IMG/VR virus record: IMGVR_UViG_3300038463_000401
Source of the DNA: a virus
DNA: 64,000 bases
Reading direction: 5' to 3' (one strand)
The notes under the pieces are model-generated. The model did not search any database. It worked only from the letters and a program-made list of their open reading frames with translations, and was not told the origin of the DNA. The position numbers and the translations under genes are program-made. This document shows positions 29,073 to 40,578 of this stretch, piece after piece. Every line of letters begins with the position of its first letter. Position 1 is the first letter of the stretch.

Positions 29073-30134
29073 CTAACGTAGCATAGGCCTCATCTCCCCG
29101 TGAAGCCTTAGATCGGAGTGGTGCTGGACCATTATGGCCAACTGCCCGTCCCTCGCCATGCTGGCATGCATGCCAGCCTGCCCCATGTGGGCGAAGGGGT
29201 GATGCTGACAGAGCGAGTTCTTGCAGAACTTGGTCCCGCAGTTGGCATAGCCAGCCGGCGGCATCCCCTGGTTGAGGCATGCTTCGCAGATTAGCGCCGT
29301 GGTCGCCCCCAGCATCGTGTGCTCTACACACCAGACTTGCTCCCCGCACCGGTGGCAGGACTGCGGCGGCCGGTTGTGCTTGGTGTAGTAGATCGGCGCC
29401 GTGATGGTCCCGTCTACCAGGATGCACTCACCGTACTCGAGCGCGCAGCCTATGATGTCGTGCTTCTGCCGACGATACTCGCGGCCGAGCGGCCCTGCCA
29501 GCCAGATAAACCCCGCCCAGGCTGAGAGCTCGAAGTAGGCCATCATTCGGCGGGGGTCGGGCCTATCCCCGCCAGGCGCGGTACACATCGCCCTCAAGGC
29601 CAGCTCCGTCTCAGAGTCGAGAGTATCCCATGCCTCCTCGCCATGCCCCTCTAGGACCTCGAAAATCATCTCCCCGATCATATTTGGCAGCGCCTTGAGC
29701 CCCGGCCGGGAAAGCATCTCGTGGAACTTAGCCTCGCACTGGCCTGGGATAAACCTAAAAGTTTCCATGTACTGCGGGTCCGCTTCCCGGCTTTGCGGGC
29801 TGCCGTCCGCGTCATGGATCTCGTAGGTGATCTTCGACCAATCGTCAGTCACATCCACGTCGCTTGTACCGCGGAAGAGGGCGTAGGGGTCCACCACATC
29901 CGAGTAGTAGAAGGCCGACGACGCGCCGGCGACCAGCACAGAGATCAGCTCGCTAGGCATGGGTACGTTGAACCGGGAGAACTGTTGCAGGCAGAAGTCG
30001 ATGCACTCGTCGGGTATCTCCCCGAACTCGAAGTTCATCAACCCGCCGTTGCCGTTACTCACCCAGTCCCAGATCTGGTCTTCCTTACCGTCGTCGTAAT
30101 ACTGCACGGGTTCCTTGATCGCGGCTGACCTCAT
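29073..30134 (-). CDS. Hypothetical acidic protein with Cys/His-rich C-terminus
   Basis: CHRC, CEAC, C...C...CQHH. Confidence 0.55.
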   Translation of the reverse strand: MRSAAIKEPVQYYDDGKEDQIWDWVSNGNGGLMNFEFGEIPDECIDFCLQQFSRFNVPMPSELISVLVAGASSAFYYSDVVDPYALFRGTSDVDVTDDWSKITYEIHDADGSPQSREADPQYMETFRFIPGQCEAKFHEMLSRPGLKALPNMIGEMIFEVLEGHGEEAWDTLDSETELALRAMCTAPGGDRPDPRRMMAYFELSAWAGFIWLAGPLGREYRRQKHDIIGCALEYGECILVDGTITAPIYYTKHNRPPQSCHRCGEQVWCVEHTMLGATTALICEACLNQGMPPAGYANCGTKFCKNSLCQHHPFAHMGQAGMHASMARDGQLAIMVQHHSDLRLHGEMRPMLR

Positions 30135-31889
30135 CTACTCTCCTCCAAAGTTGGCCGACTTCTAGCGGCCTGTGCGTAATACCGGCGATCCGCCCACGAC
30201 TCTTGTGCGTCTTCACCCACTTGTCGCTATAAGCGAACGTCGGCATCCCGTCCTTCGGCTTGAACCTACAAATGAAATGCAGCGGCGGCTTCTTGCCCCA
30301 CTGGGTCAATGTCCAGCTAGGTGATACGAACCGGTCCCAGCCGCGGCCGAGCCACCGCATCGACGACACCCGACCATCAGGCGTCTCAAGCGTGCGGTAT
30401 CTCGGCACGAGAAAACGAAGTTTCATTAAGCCTCCAAATGTTGTCTCATCTTAAAGGCTTATGCCAATTATTTGACGGCTACTACAAGGCAGGTCTTAGA
30501 CTCGGTATCGATTTCGACGGTGAGATACTCATCGTGCTCGAACCATGCGTTGCACAGCTCTCTGATTTTTTCCCTGCGCACCTCGGCTAAAGCAGCGTGC
30601 TCCTCCTCGTCCAGTTCGATTTTATTTAGCTCAGTGTCAACCGCGTCACTGATCGCATCATGCAGGGTGTCCGGATCCTTCATCACTACGCGGAACTTCA
30701 TAATGGGTCCTTTGTTTGGTTCGCAAAGCGAAGCTTTAAAAAGAATGCCCCGGTGGGTGGTCCACCGGGGCTAAAGGAGGTGTCACGGGACAGGAGTTAC
30801 AGGAGCTCGTAGCCGAGCCACAGGTTCCAGAAACGAATGGGTTTGACAATGAACGTGGCACCCACAGGGCAGTGCTCGTTCACCAAGTGTCTAGCAGCGT
30901 GCACGCGGTGCTTACGTACCCGGTAGGTAATAGTGTTCTTGTGGAGCTCTTCCTTGATGAGCACAGTGCTGATCTGGTGCCGAGCTAGCAGCGCCCGAAT
31001 GTTCCCTCTTGTTGGCGCCATCAGGTCAACTCGAACTTAACGATCTTCATCGACGGTGTGCCGTTCTGATCCAGCTCGTCTTCGAACTTTAGATCGAACA
31101 CGCTGGTCTGCTTCTCGAACGCCTTGTCCGTCGCAATCTCGCGCAGGAAGTACGTGATGCTCCCGCGTGCGGTGTAGTTGTTATTTTGGTACTTCTTCTT
31201 AAGAAGGTCACCCTTTTTGCTCGAAGTGAAGTCGTCGACGACGGGGTTCCCCACTACGGCGGGGCTGAACCCTTTCTCTTTGAGATGAAGCGCTAGTGCG
31301 TACTTCACCGCAATCGGAATCTTTTCGCTTGGCGCGTACTCGACGATGTTGCCGCGAACACCTTTGGCCTTGAGAACACCCTTAACTCGGCTCGATAGTG
31401 GCAGTGTCATTTCATTTCCTCGACGGTGATTGGTTTTACTGAGCCTGCCGGCACCTTGCGGACCTTCTCGTTGACATACGACTCTTGAAGTAGGTCTTGG
31501 CGACCGGTCTTCCGCAAGTGCTCCTGGTAGGCCGGGGTGTACGCTGGCTTGATCTTAGCGCACGCGGCCTTCTCCGTCGCGGGGTCAATGTCACCGCGGC
31601 CGAAGGATTCCAGGTAGTCGTACTTGGTTTTGGAAATGCGGGTGACCTTGCCATTGGGCATGCGCATCTCGTAGTAGTAGCGGCCGTTCTGCTCTCCGAG
31701 TACTTTGCCAGTCATGCCGAGTTGGATCGGCGCGAAGCCGACATATTCGGCCGGGCTGTCACATTCGTGGCAGCGTGCATCCGCGCGGATGACCTCGTCC
31801 GGCGTGCTGTGCGGCATCCGGTAGAGGCTAAGGTGGCCTTGTGCACACTGATACTTGAAGTCGCGTTCGAGTTCGTTTAGCCAGCTCAT
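30085..31889 (-). other. Five hypothetical CDS (30085, 30468, 30797, 31021, 31407)
   Basis: Co-oriented ORFs with overlaps. Confidence 0.5.
30731..30772 (-). terminator. Intrinsic terminator
   Basis: GCCCCGGTGG-accac-CCACCGGGGC then ATTCTTTTT. Confidence 0.75.
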
Positions 31890-33112
31890 GACTTGTACCC
31901 CCTAAACTCCGTTTCCCGTGTCCTCGGAAAGATCGCCGACAGTTCTTTCAGAAGAGCTTCGCTCTCGCACATCCACACCGTCTTCGAGAAGGTCTGACTG
32001 AACCCCATGAACATGCGCGGGTCGAGACCGTACTTCTCGAATATGGCATACGCCGCTGCACGGATCTCCGGCTTCTTGTTCACCTTGTCCCAGTCCACCT
32101 TCTCCTCGCCAGCGCGGAATTCAAACACCTTGCCCGGAATGGCGATGCCGGCCTGAGCGAACTTAACAAATGTCTTCAGCTCGTCCTTGCTGCGCTTAAG
32201 AATCTCCTCCATCACGTTGATGTACCCGGCCAGCTTCACTGCCTTGTTCGTATCCCCAAGGATCTTGAGGTTGTCGAACTTGACGTGGTAGTCTCCGCCC
32301 TCACTGACCTCGATCACCTCTTTCATCGCCGGGCATTGTGCTACGAACGGGCAGTACTGGCAGCCCTTGTGCGGCACTGGATCCCACGACGTCCGGTTCT
32401 CGATGATCGCTACCTTCGTCATGATGTCGTCTTCGATCGCCGCGAGCATCTCCTTCGTCCACGCGACAGGCTCGGAGTACTTGCCGTACCGGACGAAGTG
32501 CAAGACCGTGTTGATCTCGTTTAAGAACGGATGCGTCTTGGCGATTACCCATGCGTAGAAGCCCATTTGCGGCGTGTCGGCTTCCTCGATGTTTGGCTGC
32601 GTCTTATGGTCGTAAACCATAGCGCTTGTAGTGTCGTCGCTAAGAAACATGATATCCGCTCGACCTCTAAACCATGCCTCGGGGTCATCGTAATCGCATT
32701 CCTCAAAGGAGGATCCAGACCCATCGGCATTGAGCACAAGCTTAACTGCGAATCTAAGTTCCGTCTTAGCATCCGCGACAAGTACCTGCGGCGGCTTTTG
32801 CGCATATAACTTGACCATCTCCATAATGTCTGCGGTGTCTTGATAAGCCGACGGATGGCGCGTCACCGCGGCGACGACCCAGCTACGGAGCTGTGCCTCG
32901 GAGAATGTGGCACCGGCTTCGCCGGAAGCACACATCCTCTTAGTCATTTCTTCGAGGACTTCGTGCACGGCGGAGCCGCGCGCTTGTGGCAGGTTCTCTT
33001 GCTTCGCGTAGCGGTCGCTGCGCTGAGGGTCGACGTATTGTCGGTAGAAGGCATAACCGCATGTGGCGGTATCCAGCCTAGAGGGGCTGTAGGGTCCATA
33101 TTTGAGCTTCAA
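31886..33112 (-). CDS. Cas4/AddB-like PD-(D/E)xK exonuclease, likely Fe-S
   Basis: YSPSRLDTATC, GSAVHEVLE, RGRADI, YDHKT, CQYCPFVAQC. Confidence 0.8.
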   Translation of the reverse strand: MKLKYGPYSPSRLDTATCGYAFYRQYVDPQRSDRYAKQENLPQARGSAVHEVLEEMTKRMCASGEAGATFSEAQLRSWVVAAVTRHPSAYQDTADIMEMVKLYAQKPPQVLVADAKTELRFAVKLVLNADGSGSSFEECDYDDPEAWFRGRADIMFLSDDTTSAMVYDHKTQPNIEEADTPQMGFYAWVIAKTHPFLNEINTVLHFVRYGKYSEPVAWTKEMLAAIEDDIMTKVAIIENRTSWDPVPHKGCQYCPFVAQCPAMKEVIEVSEGGDYHVKFDNLKILGDTNKAVKLAGYINVMEEILKRSKDELKTFVKFAQAGIAIPGKVFEFRAGEEKVDWDKVNKKPEIRAAAYAIFEKYGLDPRMFMGFSQTFSKTVWMCESEALLKELSAIFPRTRETEFRGYKS

Positions 33113-33384
33113 TGTGTTCTCCTGGGCCGTTAGGCCTTAACCGACTTCTTGTTCTTCTTAGCCAACGCTTCCTTTGTGTTAAACAAATCCACTAACAGAT
33201 CCCTGAGAACGTCTCCTTTGATCGACTGCATTGGCTCGAATGCACCGTCTTTGCGCCGCTCCTCGTAGCGAACGATACAGTCCGCTAATCCAGCATTATC
33301 CTTTGATAGGTAGCGGTCTACAGCTACGTCAAGCAGATCACCTGCACTCATTAGTTTCGTCATTTCACTTTACCTCCTAGACGC

Positions 33385-34194
33385 TTATACCATGCCCCAG
33401 CCCATATGCCGCGCCAGTTTTTCCATTCGCTCACGAAGCTGGGGCAACGACATATCCCACTTCATTCGATTGCAGTATTTACAGCATGGCACGCAGTTGT
33501 TGTAAATGTAGCCCAAGGTACTATCTTTTCGATCTATCCCGTGATGCGTCAAGGTATTTTCAGGGTCCCGACTTCTGTAGATGCAGGTCTTTTGAGAAGG
33601 GGGGTCGCCGCAATAATGGCATGACTGGGTTATTAGTTCCTCCATTTGCTGGATAGACAACTCGAAGCAGCGACCAAGCTTTTTGGCATTGGATCTGTAG
33701 GCGTTGTACTTACGACGAACAGCAGAACTAACCCCTGGCGGGCGCTTGGCCCTGAGTGCTGCCCTAGACCTGTCCCTTGCCAGGCAGCCGCAACTTTGGG
33801 TCGTTCCCCTTCTAAGCTGAGAGACTCGGACGGTAGTGGTCTCGCCGCAGTCGCAAAGACACAGCCACAGCGCGGACGAGTCACAAGAACTAGAGAGGTC
33901 TTTCCTCTCAGCTTTTGTAATGTAACGCACAGCAACCAGTCGCCCGAATCTTTCTCCCTCCAACTTTCTGAAAAACTGCGAGCCTTCGTGGCGAAGACAG
34001 CCGCAACTTCTAGTCATGCCTTTTTGCAAATGGCTTGCACGAACTAGGAGTGACGTACCACAGTCGCAAAGACAGTCCCAGTATGCCCCGGCGCCGGGCT
34101 TAGCAAGGTCGGGGCGTTCGGCCTTAGAAACGAAGCGCTTCGCAACCAAGCGACCGAACCGCGCATCAGTTATGTTTTTACACCGTCGATCCAT
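33385..34194 (-). CDS. HNH-type homing endonuclease with duplicated N-terminal module
   Basis: Two RFGRLVA...WxCxCDCG...TxSCGCL repeats; IDRKDSTLGYIYNNCVPCCKYCNRMK. Confidence 0.8.
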   Translation of the reverse strand: MDRRCKNITDARFGRLVAKRFVSKAERPDLAKPGAGAYWDCLCDCGTSLLVRASHLQKGMTRSCGCLRHEGSQFFRKLEGERFGRLVAVRYITKAERKDLSSSCDSSALWLCLCDCGETTTVRVSQLRRGTTQSCGCLARDRSRAALRAKRPPGVSSAVRRKYNAYRSNAKKLGRCFELSIQQMEELITQSCHYCGDPPSQKTCIYRSRDPENTLTHHGIDRKDSTLGYIYNNCVPCCKYCNRMKWDMSLPQLRERMEKLARHMGWGMV

Positions 34195-34594
34195 GTGCCT
34201 TCACCAGCCACCAAATCACAAAATAATGTGTGCAATGGTGCCACGACTGATCGACTCCCAAAGCGAGCCAATACGGCTTCTGCGTTATGTCGTTGAACCG
34301 CCCAAGCCACTTCGGCCCCGCCTTGATCCTGTCCATGACGAAGTGACACACAAAGTCAAACGCGACCAGCCCGAGGACTAGACCACGTTTGCCCGGCGTG
34401 TACCACATCGCGTAGCTCGATATGGCTCCGGTACAGACTGCGTGGATGCCGCAGTGCGACGCCAGCGGCGCAAGAAAGTCCCACCCCGGCTTGAACTTGC
34501 CGAGGTGGTACTTCGTCTGTAACGGAAAGTCACAGATGAAATGCTTAGCCTGAAACGCCACCAACAGCACGAAGACTAGCTCTAGATCTGTCAT
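34178..34594 (-). CDS. DUF3307-like membrane protein
   Basis: KHFICDFPLQ, HCGIH, HFVMD, LGVDQSWH. Confidence 0.75.
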   Translation of the reverse strand: MTDLELVFVLLVAFQAKHFICDFPLQTKYHLGKFKPGWDFLAPLASHCGIHAVCTGAISSYAMWYTPGKRGLVLGLVAFDFVCHFVMDRIKAGPKWLGRFNDITQKPYWLALGVDQSWHHCTHYFVIWWLVKAHGSTV

Positions 34595-35469
34595 CCTTTT
34601 TCTTTCTGTCCTCGCGGGACATCTCCACAAACTCCCACAAGAGATGCCGCACGACGGTCGCCTGGGACACGTCGAGCGCCTCGCAGGTCTCTTTGAAGTC
34701 GACTGCTAGCTTGTTGTCGACCTCATACTTGGAGTTGCCTAATTTAATGAACTTGTTGTCCGGATCATTCTTCTTCGTCATGGCTATACGCCCCCCTTAC
34801 GGGAAGCGTAGCATCATGGCGCAGGCGTTTCCACCGGAGCTGGCACTGCTTCCGGTGCAGGCTTAGGGGTGAGGGCCGCCGTCACCGCATCGCCAAATTG
34901 GCCGAGCTCTGCCGCGAACTGGTCCATCTGCCGCCCCGCCCGATCAGCCAGAACCGACGCGGCTTCAAGGTGGCCTTGGCGAATAAGGTCAAGCATGCTG
35001 CTCATGGGGCCCTGCACCAGTCCTTCAAACCGGGCACGGATCAACCCGACTTCACTCGTCTGCATCTAAGTCCTCCTTCGAGAGTAATTCGTCATCATCC
35101 TCAAGAGCGTCAGAGCCGAAGAGCACTTCAAACGGCTCGAATGGGCTGGGGACACCGGCGGTTATCACCGGGGTATTAGGCTCGAGGGCTAGCTGGTATA
35201 GGTCCATGGGTCACCTCTTGGCCAGTCTATCACCGCTTGCCCTGAAGTTCTCTAGCTACTTGCTCCAAAGCCTTGATCACTAGGGCTTTTCGGTTGACTT
35301 GGAACGCCGCATCTAGGGCCATCGTCATCCCATCGTCGGGGGTCACGATCAGCGCCAACGCGAACTCCTTGACTACCTGGTGAATGGCCTTGGCTGTGTC
35401 GGCCTCACGTTTCTCCTTACTGGCCTGAAACCCCTTCTCCTGGGTGGATTGGCTGAAAGACATTGACAT
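34545..35469 (-). other. Small hypothetical CDS; 34545-34781 possibly ribbon-helix-helix
   Basis: FKETCEALDVSQATVVRHLLWEFV; further ORFs 34814-35065 and 35230-35469. Confidence 0.4.
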
Positions 35470-36517
35470 GCTCTCCGTCGGTTAGGATTAATGCCGCAAG
35501 CGGCCCCCGGTATTCTAATGTGATCTTGTCGGCCTCCATCTTAGTCAAGGCCTTCAATACAAACTCTGCATTGATGCGCATCCGCCCGCGAGCGGAGCCT
35601 GTCACCTCAACGCTTTCAACGCTATCGCCGACAGCCCCAGACGCCGACAGGTGCAGCATGATTTCGCTGAAGACAAAGTCTACCTGCTTGATCCCGCTGT
35701 CTCCCACGAGGATCATCGCGCGCTTGAGGGATTCTGCCAGGGCTTTGCGGTTCACCTCGCAAACTTCACTAGGGGTCTTAGGCAAGATGGACTTGTAGTT
35801 AGGGTAAGTCCCCGCCATCAGCCGTGTCGTCGTATAGATGCCCCCAGCGTTCAAATATAGGCTGGTCGAGTCCCCGCCAATCCCCGCCGGCCCATCGATC
35901 CCAGAATAGATCTTGGCGAGCCTCTCCACCAAAGGCGTGGATAGCATCATCGACACGGACTCTTCAACCACGAAGGCCCGGTTGGGGTAGTGGGACAGCC
36001 GGTAGCCGTCCGTCGATACGAAGTGCTCGCTGTTGATGCACACCGATCGACGATAGGGCTGCTCTGCCCTGTCGTCGTGACAATACACCACGCGGTCGAG
36101 TCCGCGCATGAACGAGGGCATGTTCAGCTCAGCGTATACCCTTCCCTGCATCCCGTAGTCCGGCATACTGACCACATCGTCCACAAGGTTTAGCTTGAAG
36201 TTGCTGCCCTTCGTGCGGATGTGCACATCTTTATCGTTTACGACAAACCCGAGCATAGCTTCCGCGGGAAGGGAGGCCACGACCTCTACAAGTAGTTTCA
36301 GGCCCAGCCCAAAGGCCCCGCCCGGGCTCGCGGATTCTACCGGCACAATAGCCTCGACGTTGATCGCCGGACTATAGGTGGAGATCTGGAGTCGGCCAGC
36401 GCCAGGCACAAGCTTGACCCCAGAGAATGCCGGCAGCGTTTGCTTATCGTCTGTGGCGGCAACCACCCGCTTTAGTACCCCATTAAGTACACTGCTTTTC
36501 ACAGAGAACTGAGACAT
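35417..36517 (-). CDS. dnaN: DNA polymerase III beta sliding clamp
   Basis: 366 aa; FVSTDGYRLS, GTYPNYKSILP, RINAEFVLKAL. Confidence 0.9.
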   Translation of the reverse strand: MSQFSVKSSVLNGVLKRVVAATDDKQTLPAFSGVKLVPGAGRLQISTYSPAINVEAIVPVESASPGGAFGLGLKLLVEVVASLPAEAMLGFVVNDKDVHIRTKGSNFKLNLVDDVVSMPDYGMQGRVYAELNMPSFMRGLDRVVYCHDDRAEQPYRRSVCINSEHFVSTDGYRLSHYPNRAFVVEESVSMMLSTPLVERLAKIYSGIDGPAGIGGDSTSLYLNAGGIYTTTRLMAGTYPNYKSILPKTPSEVCEVNRKALAESLKRAMILVGDSGIKQVDFVFSEIMLHLSASGAVGDSVESVEVTGSARGRMRINAEFVLKALTKMEADKITLEYRGPLAALILTDGEHVNVFQPIHPGEGVSGQ

Positions 36518-36554
36518 GTGCGTCCCTCCTTTGTTGCCTTATACCGTGATAGCT

Positions 36555-36578
36555 AAAAAAGAAGGGCGAAGGCCCTTC
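36555..36578 (-). terminator. Intrinsic terminator upstream of dnaN
   Basis: GAAGGG-ccttcg-CCCTTC plus T6. Confidence 0.75.
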
Positions 36579-36585
36579 TAAGTGG

Positions 36586-38180
36586 TCAGGCTGCCTTCGG
36601 CGCCTCGACCTTCGGGGCTTCTTCCTTAGCGAAGAAGTTTTTGATGGCATCCTTGGCACCGACTGCGATGCCCGCGGCAACCATGGAAACCAGCTTGGTT
36701 CCATTCCAGCCGATGCAGCTGCCTGCGCCAACGACCGTCGCACCAATGAACAGATTCTTAAGGGACACGTTGTTAGTATCAAACATAGACACCTCCTAGT
36801 GAATATTGCTGTTAGCGCACACCTCTAGTTGCTTATGGAGGAAGCGGCACATCCATGCGCCGCCTATAACCCTTTAGCCGTTTACCGTACGAAGCGCTTC
36901 AGCTGCTGCCGACGCGCTCTCGTGCTCTACCAAGCGGTACTTATCAGTGATCTGTTTTGTCGCGCGACGATACGCAATACGCCAAGTAACCGCACTCACA
37001 ATCGCCATGCCCAGACCAAATGCACCGATGGTCCACTTGTTCTCCGAGATCCAGCTCTTGCCGCCAACTTCAACTGCTTGCAGATTCTCCATGCTTCGCT
37101 TACTCCAAACACAAACTACGTTCTGGCTAGCCGACCACCGACTATGCCACTTTCCTAACTTCCTGTGCGTTGGACTTCATGAATGCCCAACGCTTAGGAT
37201 CTGAACCGATACTGACTCTCAAGGCGAAGCCTCCTATTGCTAGTAGGAGCCAGCTGCCTCCGACAATGAGCTCGACCATACAAAACTCCTTGTGGCCGAC
37301 CTCAGCTTCGATACCTTGCGGAGCAAGAGCATCATTTCAGCTGTTGCGATCAAGCCCGCTTTTAGGTTTAGTTCTGACCCTGCTGCTTCTCTAAGAGCTT
37401 GGATCAAATCCGTTTCTACTAGGTTTAGATCTCGACTTACGCACATGGCATCGTCGAGGCAATCCTGAACGGCTCTGTTCTTGGTTGCGTCTCTGACAGA
37501 GCAATCGAAGAACCGTTCAAATAACTTGTCTGCCTTAAGAAGCCTAACCTGTTCCCGCGGGGAGAGGTCATCTAGGATGGAGCGGAGCCCCGCCGTATAT
37601 GGCGAGTCAGATGGGCCGAACACGATGATTCTAGGTTGCCTCGGTCCAGAAATGGCCTTGGCGAAGAGAGTTATTGCACACCCGACTAACGCTACCAAAC
37701 CAGCTGCTTCCATCCTTTTTCCCCCGTCTGTAAAATTTCACAGATCCAAAACTGAGGAAAAGCATTAACCCACAAGGTTAATTCTTCTACTCAATATCCT
37801 TATACCAAAAATGGGCAGTTATTTGCAGAACTTAGGCAGGAAACAGGGCGACTAGCCCTCGTCAATTGAGACTACTTGTACATAAGGCTTATACCAAAAA
37901 CCTAGGTATTTTCAGCCTTTTCGAGGAGAGAAGCGATGCTTTCGCCGTCAGGAAGGCCGCGCCTGTGCACTGAAAGGTCAATGGCAGAGATCTCTAACAG
38001 CTTCCGGCCGGCATGGTTATAGACCCAGCCGAACTCGACGGTGCAGCCGTAGTCGGCATACCACCTAAGGAGATCCTTGTTGAACTGGATCACTGCTGAT
38101 TTCAAGTGATCCGGGGCTGTCTCCAACAGGTCCTTCACCCTGAGGGATGCCATATTTGGGGTCGAACTCTGCTCTGACAT
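36586..38180 (-). other. Four small CDS, three with hydrophobic segments (36586, 36874, 37240, 37902)
   Basis: Single TM-like stretches; RBS-preceded starts. Confidence 0.5.
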
Positions 38181-38616
38181 AGGCCCGTCCTTGTGGTGTG
38201 AAGTAACAGACCGCCACCGACTGGCCTTTGGTGGCCTTGGGCTGGTCTTTTGGGACTAACTTGATGATGCGCTGGCGGATGTAACCCCAGTTTTCAAGCT
38301 GTTTTAAGAGCTTCGGGGCTACGTGCCACTGCTTCTTTAGCTCGTTGCGGGTTACGGGCACCATGCGAACGCCTGCTTCCGCGATCTGGGACACCGCGGA
38401 GAAGAGGATTTCCATCGCGTCGCGGTGCTTGTCGGTGAAACCGACGGGCGCTTGACGCAGTTCATCCACTTCAAGAGGCACTTCCACGTGCTTCCCCTTG
38501 ATCTGGATGATCATGACCTCCCCGTGGATGGTCCTTTTCTTCGCCACTTCGCGGCCGTCGAGCTTCTTTAGCTCGTCTAGGATCTGCCTAGCGACTGGAT
38601 CGTTATTTGCGTCCAC
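38065..38616 (-). CDS. Probable winged-helix DNA-binding protein
   Basis: GTG 38616 after AGGAG; LLKQLENWGYI...CYFTPQGRAYV. Confidence 0.5.
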   Translation of the reverse strand: MDANNDPVARQILDELKKLDGREVAKKRTIHGEVMIIQIKGKHVEVPLEVDELRQAPVGFTDKHRDAMEILFSAVSQIAEAGVRMVPVTRNELKKQWHVAPKLLKQLENWGYIRQRIIKLVPKDQPKATKGQSVAVCYFTPQGRAYVRAEFDPKYGIPQGEGPVGDSPGSLEISSDPVQQGSP

Positions 38617-39181
38617 CGTCGAACCTCTCCTTAACGGCCTCAGCCACGTTTTTAACGATGTCCTCTGTGGAGAGGACGGACGTATCATACTTCGCATCGA
38701 AGACAGCACCGTCGAGAGCCGTCTCCGACGCGTGATTGGGATTCAAAGGCCAGTGCGCGCACCGTTCTTTACGAACCGATTCCGGCGCGTGCAGCTGGAT
38801 CTTGAAAGCATCAGGCCACGCGGCGAGTTGGTTAGGATGGCAGACCCGCTCAAGCAACACGATGTAGAGAAGACCCTTCTCCTCCCACAGCTTGGTGACT
38901 TGAGCGATCTTGTTCTTAGCTGCCTTGACCCATATCTCGGGGTCCTTCTTGTTGCCCCACTCGTCGCCGAGGGCCTGCAGGAGCTCGCGGTCCTTACCTC
39001 CTGCAGGCGGCTCGATACCAAAGTGTCTCCCCACCACATAAACAGCATCCGCCATCCGGTAGATCGGCTCGGCAAGGTTGCAGCAGAACACTGCGATGCC
39101 GCGAGCGCCCCAGTATTTCTGAAGCGCGCCCGTAAGCGTACTCTTGCCGCTACCCGCCTTACCGGTGACGATGATGTCCAT
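38603..39181 (-). CDS. Deoxynucleoside monophosphate kinase
   Basis: ATG 39181 (TAATG overlap); IIVTGKAGSGKST, KDRELLQALGDEWG...EIWV, HASET. Confidence 0.85.
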   Translation of the reverse strand: MDIIVTGKAGSGKSTLTGALQKYWGARGIAVFCCNLAEPIYRMADAVYVVGRHFGIEPPAGGKDRELLQALGDEWGNKKDPEIWVKAAKNKIAQVTKLWEEKGLLYIVLLERVCHPNQLAAWPDAFKIQLHAPESVRKERCAHWPLNPNHASETALDGAVFDAKYDTSVLSTEDIVKNVAEAVKERFDGGRK

Positions 39182-39383
39182 TAGGTTTTGCACTCCCCTA
39201 CTTCGTGTTCCGCGACAGCTATGCCCGCAGCAGTACCCAGCGTCACCGGCCAAACGATCGCCAGGGCCACGACCACAAGACCGTTGGCGTTGTCGTGCAC
39301 TAGTTTATCTTTGCATGGGTCAAAGTCCCGCAAAGCAGATAGGAACGACCAAGCCATAACGGCGATTACCAGGTAACGCCACA

Positions 39384-40511
39384 TCAGATCAAGCCCCCCG
39401 ACGCTTCCACTGGCGCCGGCGATTCCGATGCTGGCGGGGGTTGGTCCACAACTGCTGCCGCAGGAGGCGGTGCAGCCTTCGCAGCCTTGGCTGCCAAGTC
39501 TTTGCCCTCCTTCGCGATCATCTCAAGCAACGCCTTCTTCGGGTCAGGCTTGCCTTCGCACTTGCGCGCCTTGATCAGCCGGTCCTTCGGCGATAGCTCG
39601 CCGCCCAGGACTTGCTCGAGGCGCTTGAAGTATGCTTGGACCTCTTGGTCACCCAAGAGTGCCTCGGCTGCCGAGACTTTGACCTCAGCGTCCGCTACCG
39701 CAACATCCAAGTGCGGCACATCCGCAATCGGAGCCTCAAGAAGCTGAGGGGGCGCTTGCCACTTAACCTTGGGCGACTCAAGAAGCTGAATGCTCTTTGA
39801 CATACCCTCAAGAGCCTTTTGATCTTGGATTGGCTTGATCAACACAACCCACTGAGCAACCTTCTGCTCCCGGCCATTAGCATCGAACTTGGTGAAGGAC
39901 TTCTGCTCCTTGACTAACTTGAAGGGAATACCGCTGATCTTGCCGTCGTTCCTTTGCTGAATCCACTTAAGCTGATCGTAGATCGCCTTGATCGTTGTCC
40001 ACGAGGTCGTGCTGATCTGGTACACGCCGTACGGTGATACCTTGGGCAGGTACACGTAGATCTTCATGTTCGGCTTGCACTGGGGGTTGCCTTTCGCATC
40101 CTTCCAGTCTGAGCAGCTTTGTGCGAGGCACGGACGCGAAGGCACGATGCCTGTCGTAGGGTCGCGCTTGTCAAAGAACTGCGCTGTGCCAGGCTGGCCG
40201 TCTTCAGAGGGGCCGTTGCCTTTGCAACGCAGCACACCTGAGATCGGCTTGCCGTTCTTATCCTTAGCCCCAGGACGCCACCACATAAACCACGTTGGCA
40301 CGCACGCATCCAGGTCATCAGACGGGAACACCACGTCTAACTCTGTTGGCGCAGGGCCGTAGACTTCTTCAACGTTCGGCGCGTCATGCACTACGAAGTG
40401 ACTGGCGTTGTCCGGGCGCTCGCCGCCGCCCTGCGTCTTTACTTTCACCCCTAGGCGAACGGTTCCAAGGATAGGTGCCTGGTCTCTGGATGCGATAGTC
40501 TGAATGGCCAT
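39384..40511 (-). CDS. Phage gp3-like (recombination directionality factor family) recombination protein
   Basis: LGVKVK...GGERP...HF; VVFPSDD; CKGNG; CxxxxC...C; STTSWTTI; P/A-rich tail. Confidence 0.55.
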   Translation of the reverse strand: MAIQTIASRDQAPILGTVRLGVKVKTQGGGERPDNASHFVVHDAPNVEEVYGPAPTELDVVFPSDDLDACVPTWFMWWRPGAKDKNGKPISGVLRCKGNGPSEDGQPGTAQFFDKRDPTTGIVPSRPCLAQSCSDWKDAKGNPQCKPNMKIYVYLPKVSPYGVYQISTTSWTTIKAIYDQLKWIQQRNDGKISGIPFKLVKEQKSFTKFDANGREQKVAQWVVLIKPIQDQKALEGMSKSIQLLESPKVKWQAPPQLLEAPIADVPHLDVAVADAEVKVSAAEALLGDQEVQAYFKRLEQVLGGELSPKDRLIKARKCEGKPDPKKALLEMIAKEGKDLAAKAAKAAPPPAAAVVDQPPPASESPAPVEASGGLI

Positions 40512-40578
40512 GTGTTCTCCAAAATAATCTGTGGTGTAATCTCACCACAAGTCTTTTACCCAGTGCGCAGCACTTCTT

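Noticed and set aside
31886-33112. CRISPR-associated cas4
   Set aside because: No cas1/cas2 or array nearby; solo phage Cas4-like nucleases are common.
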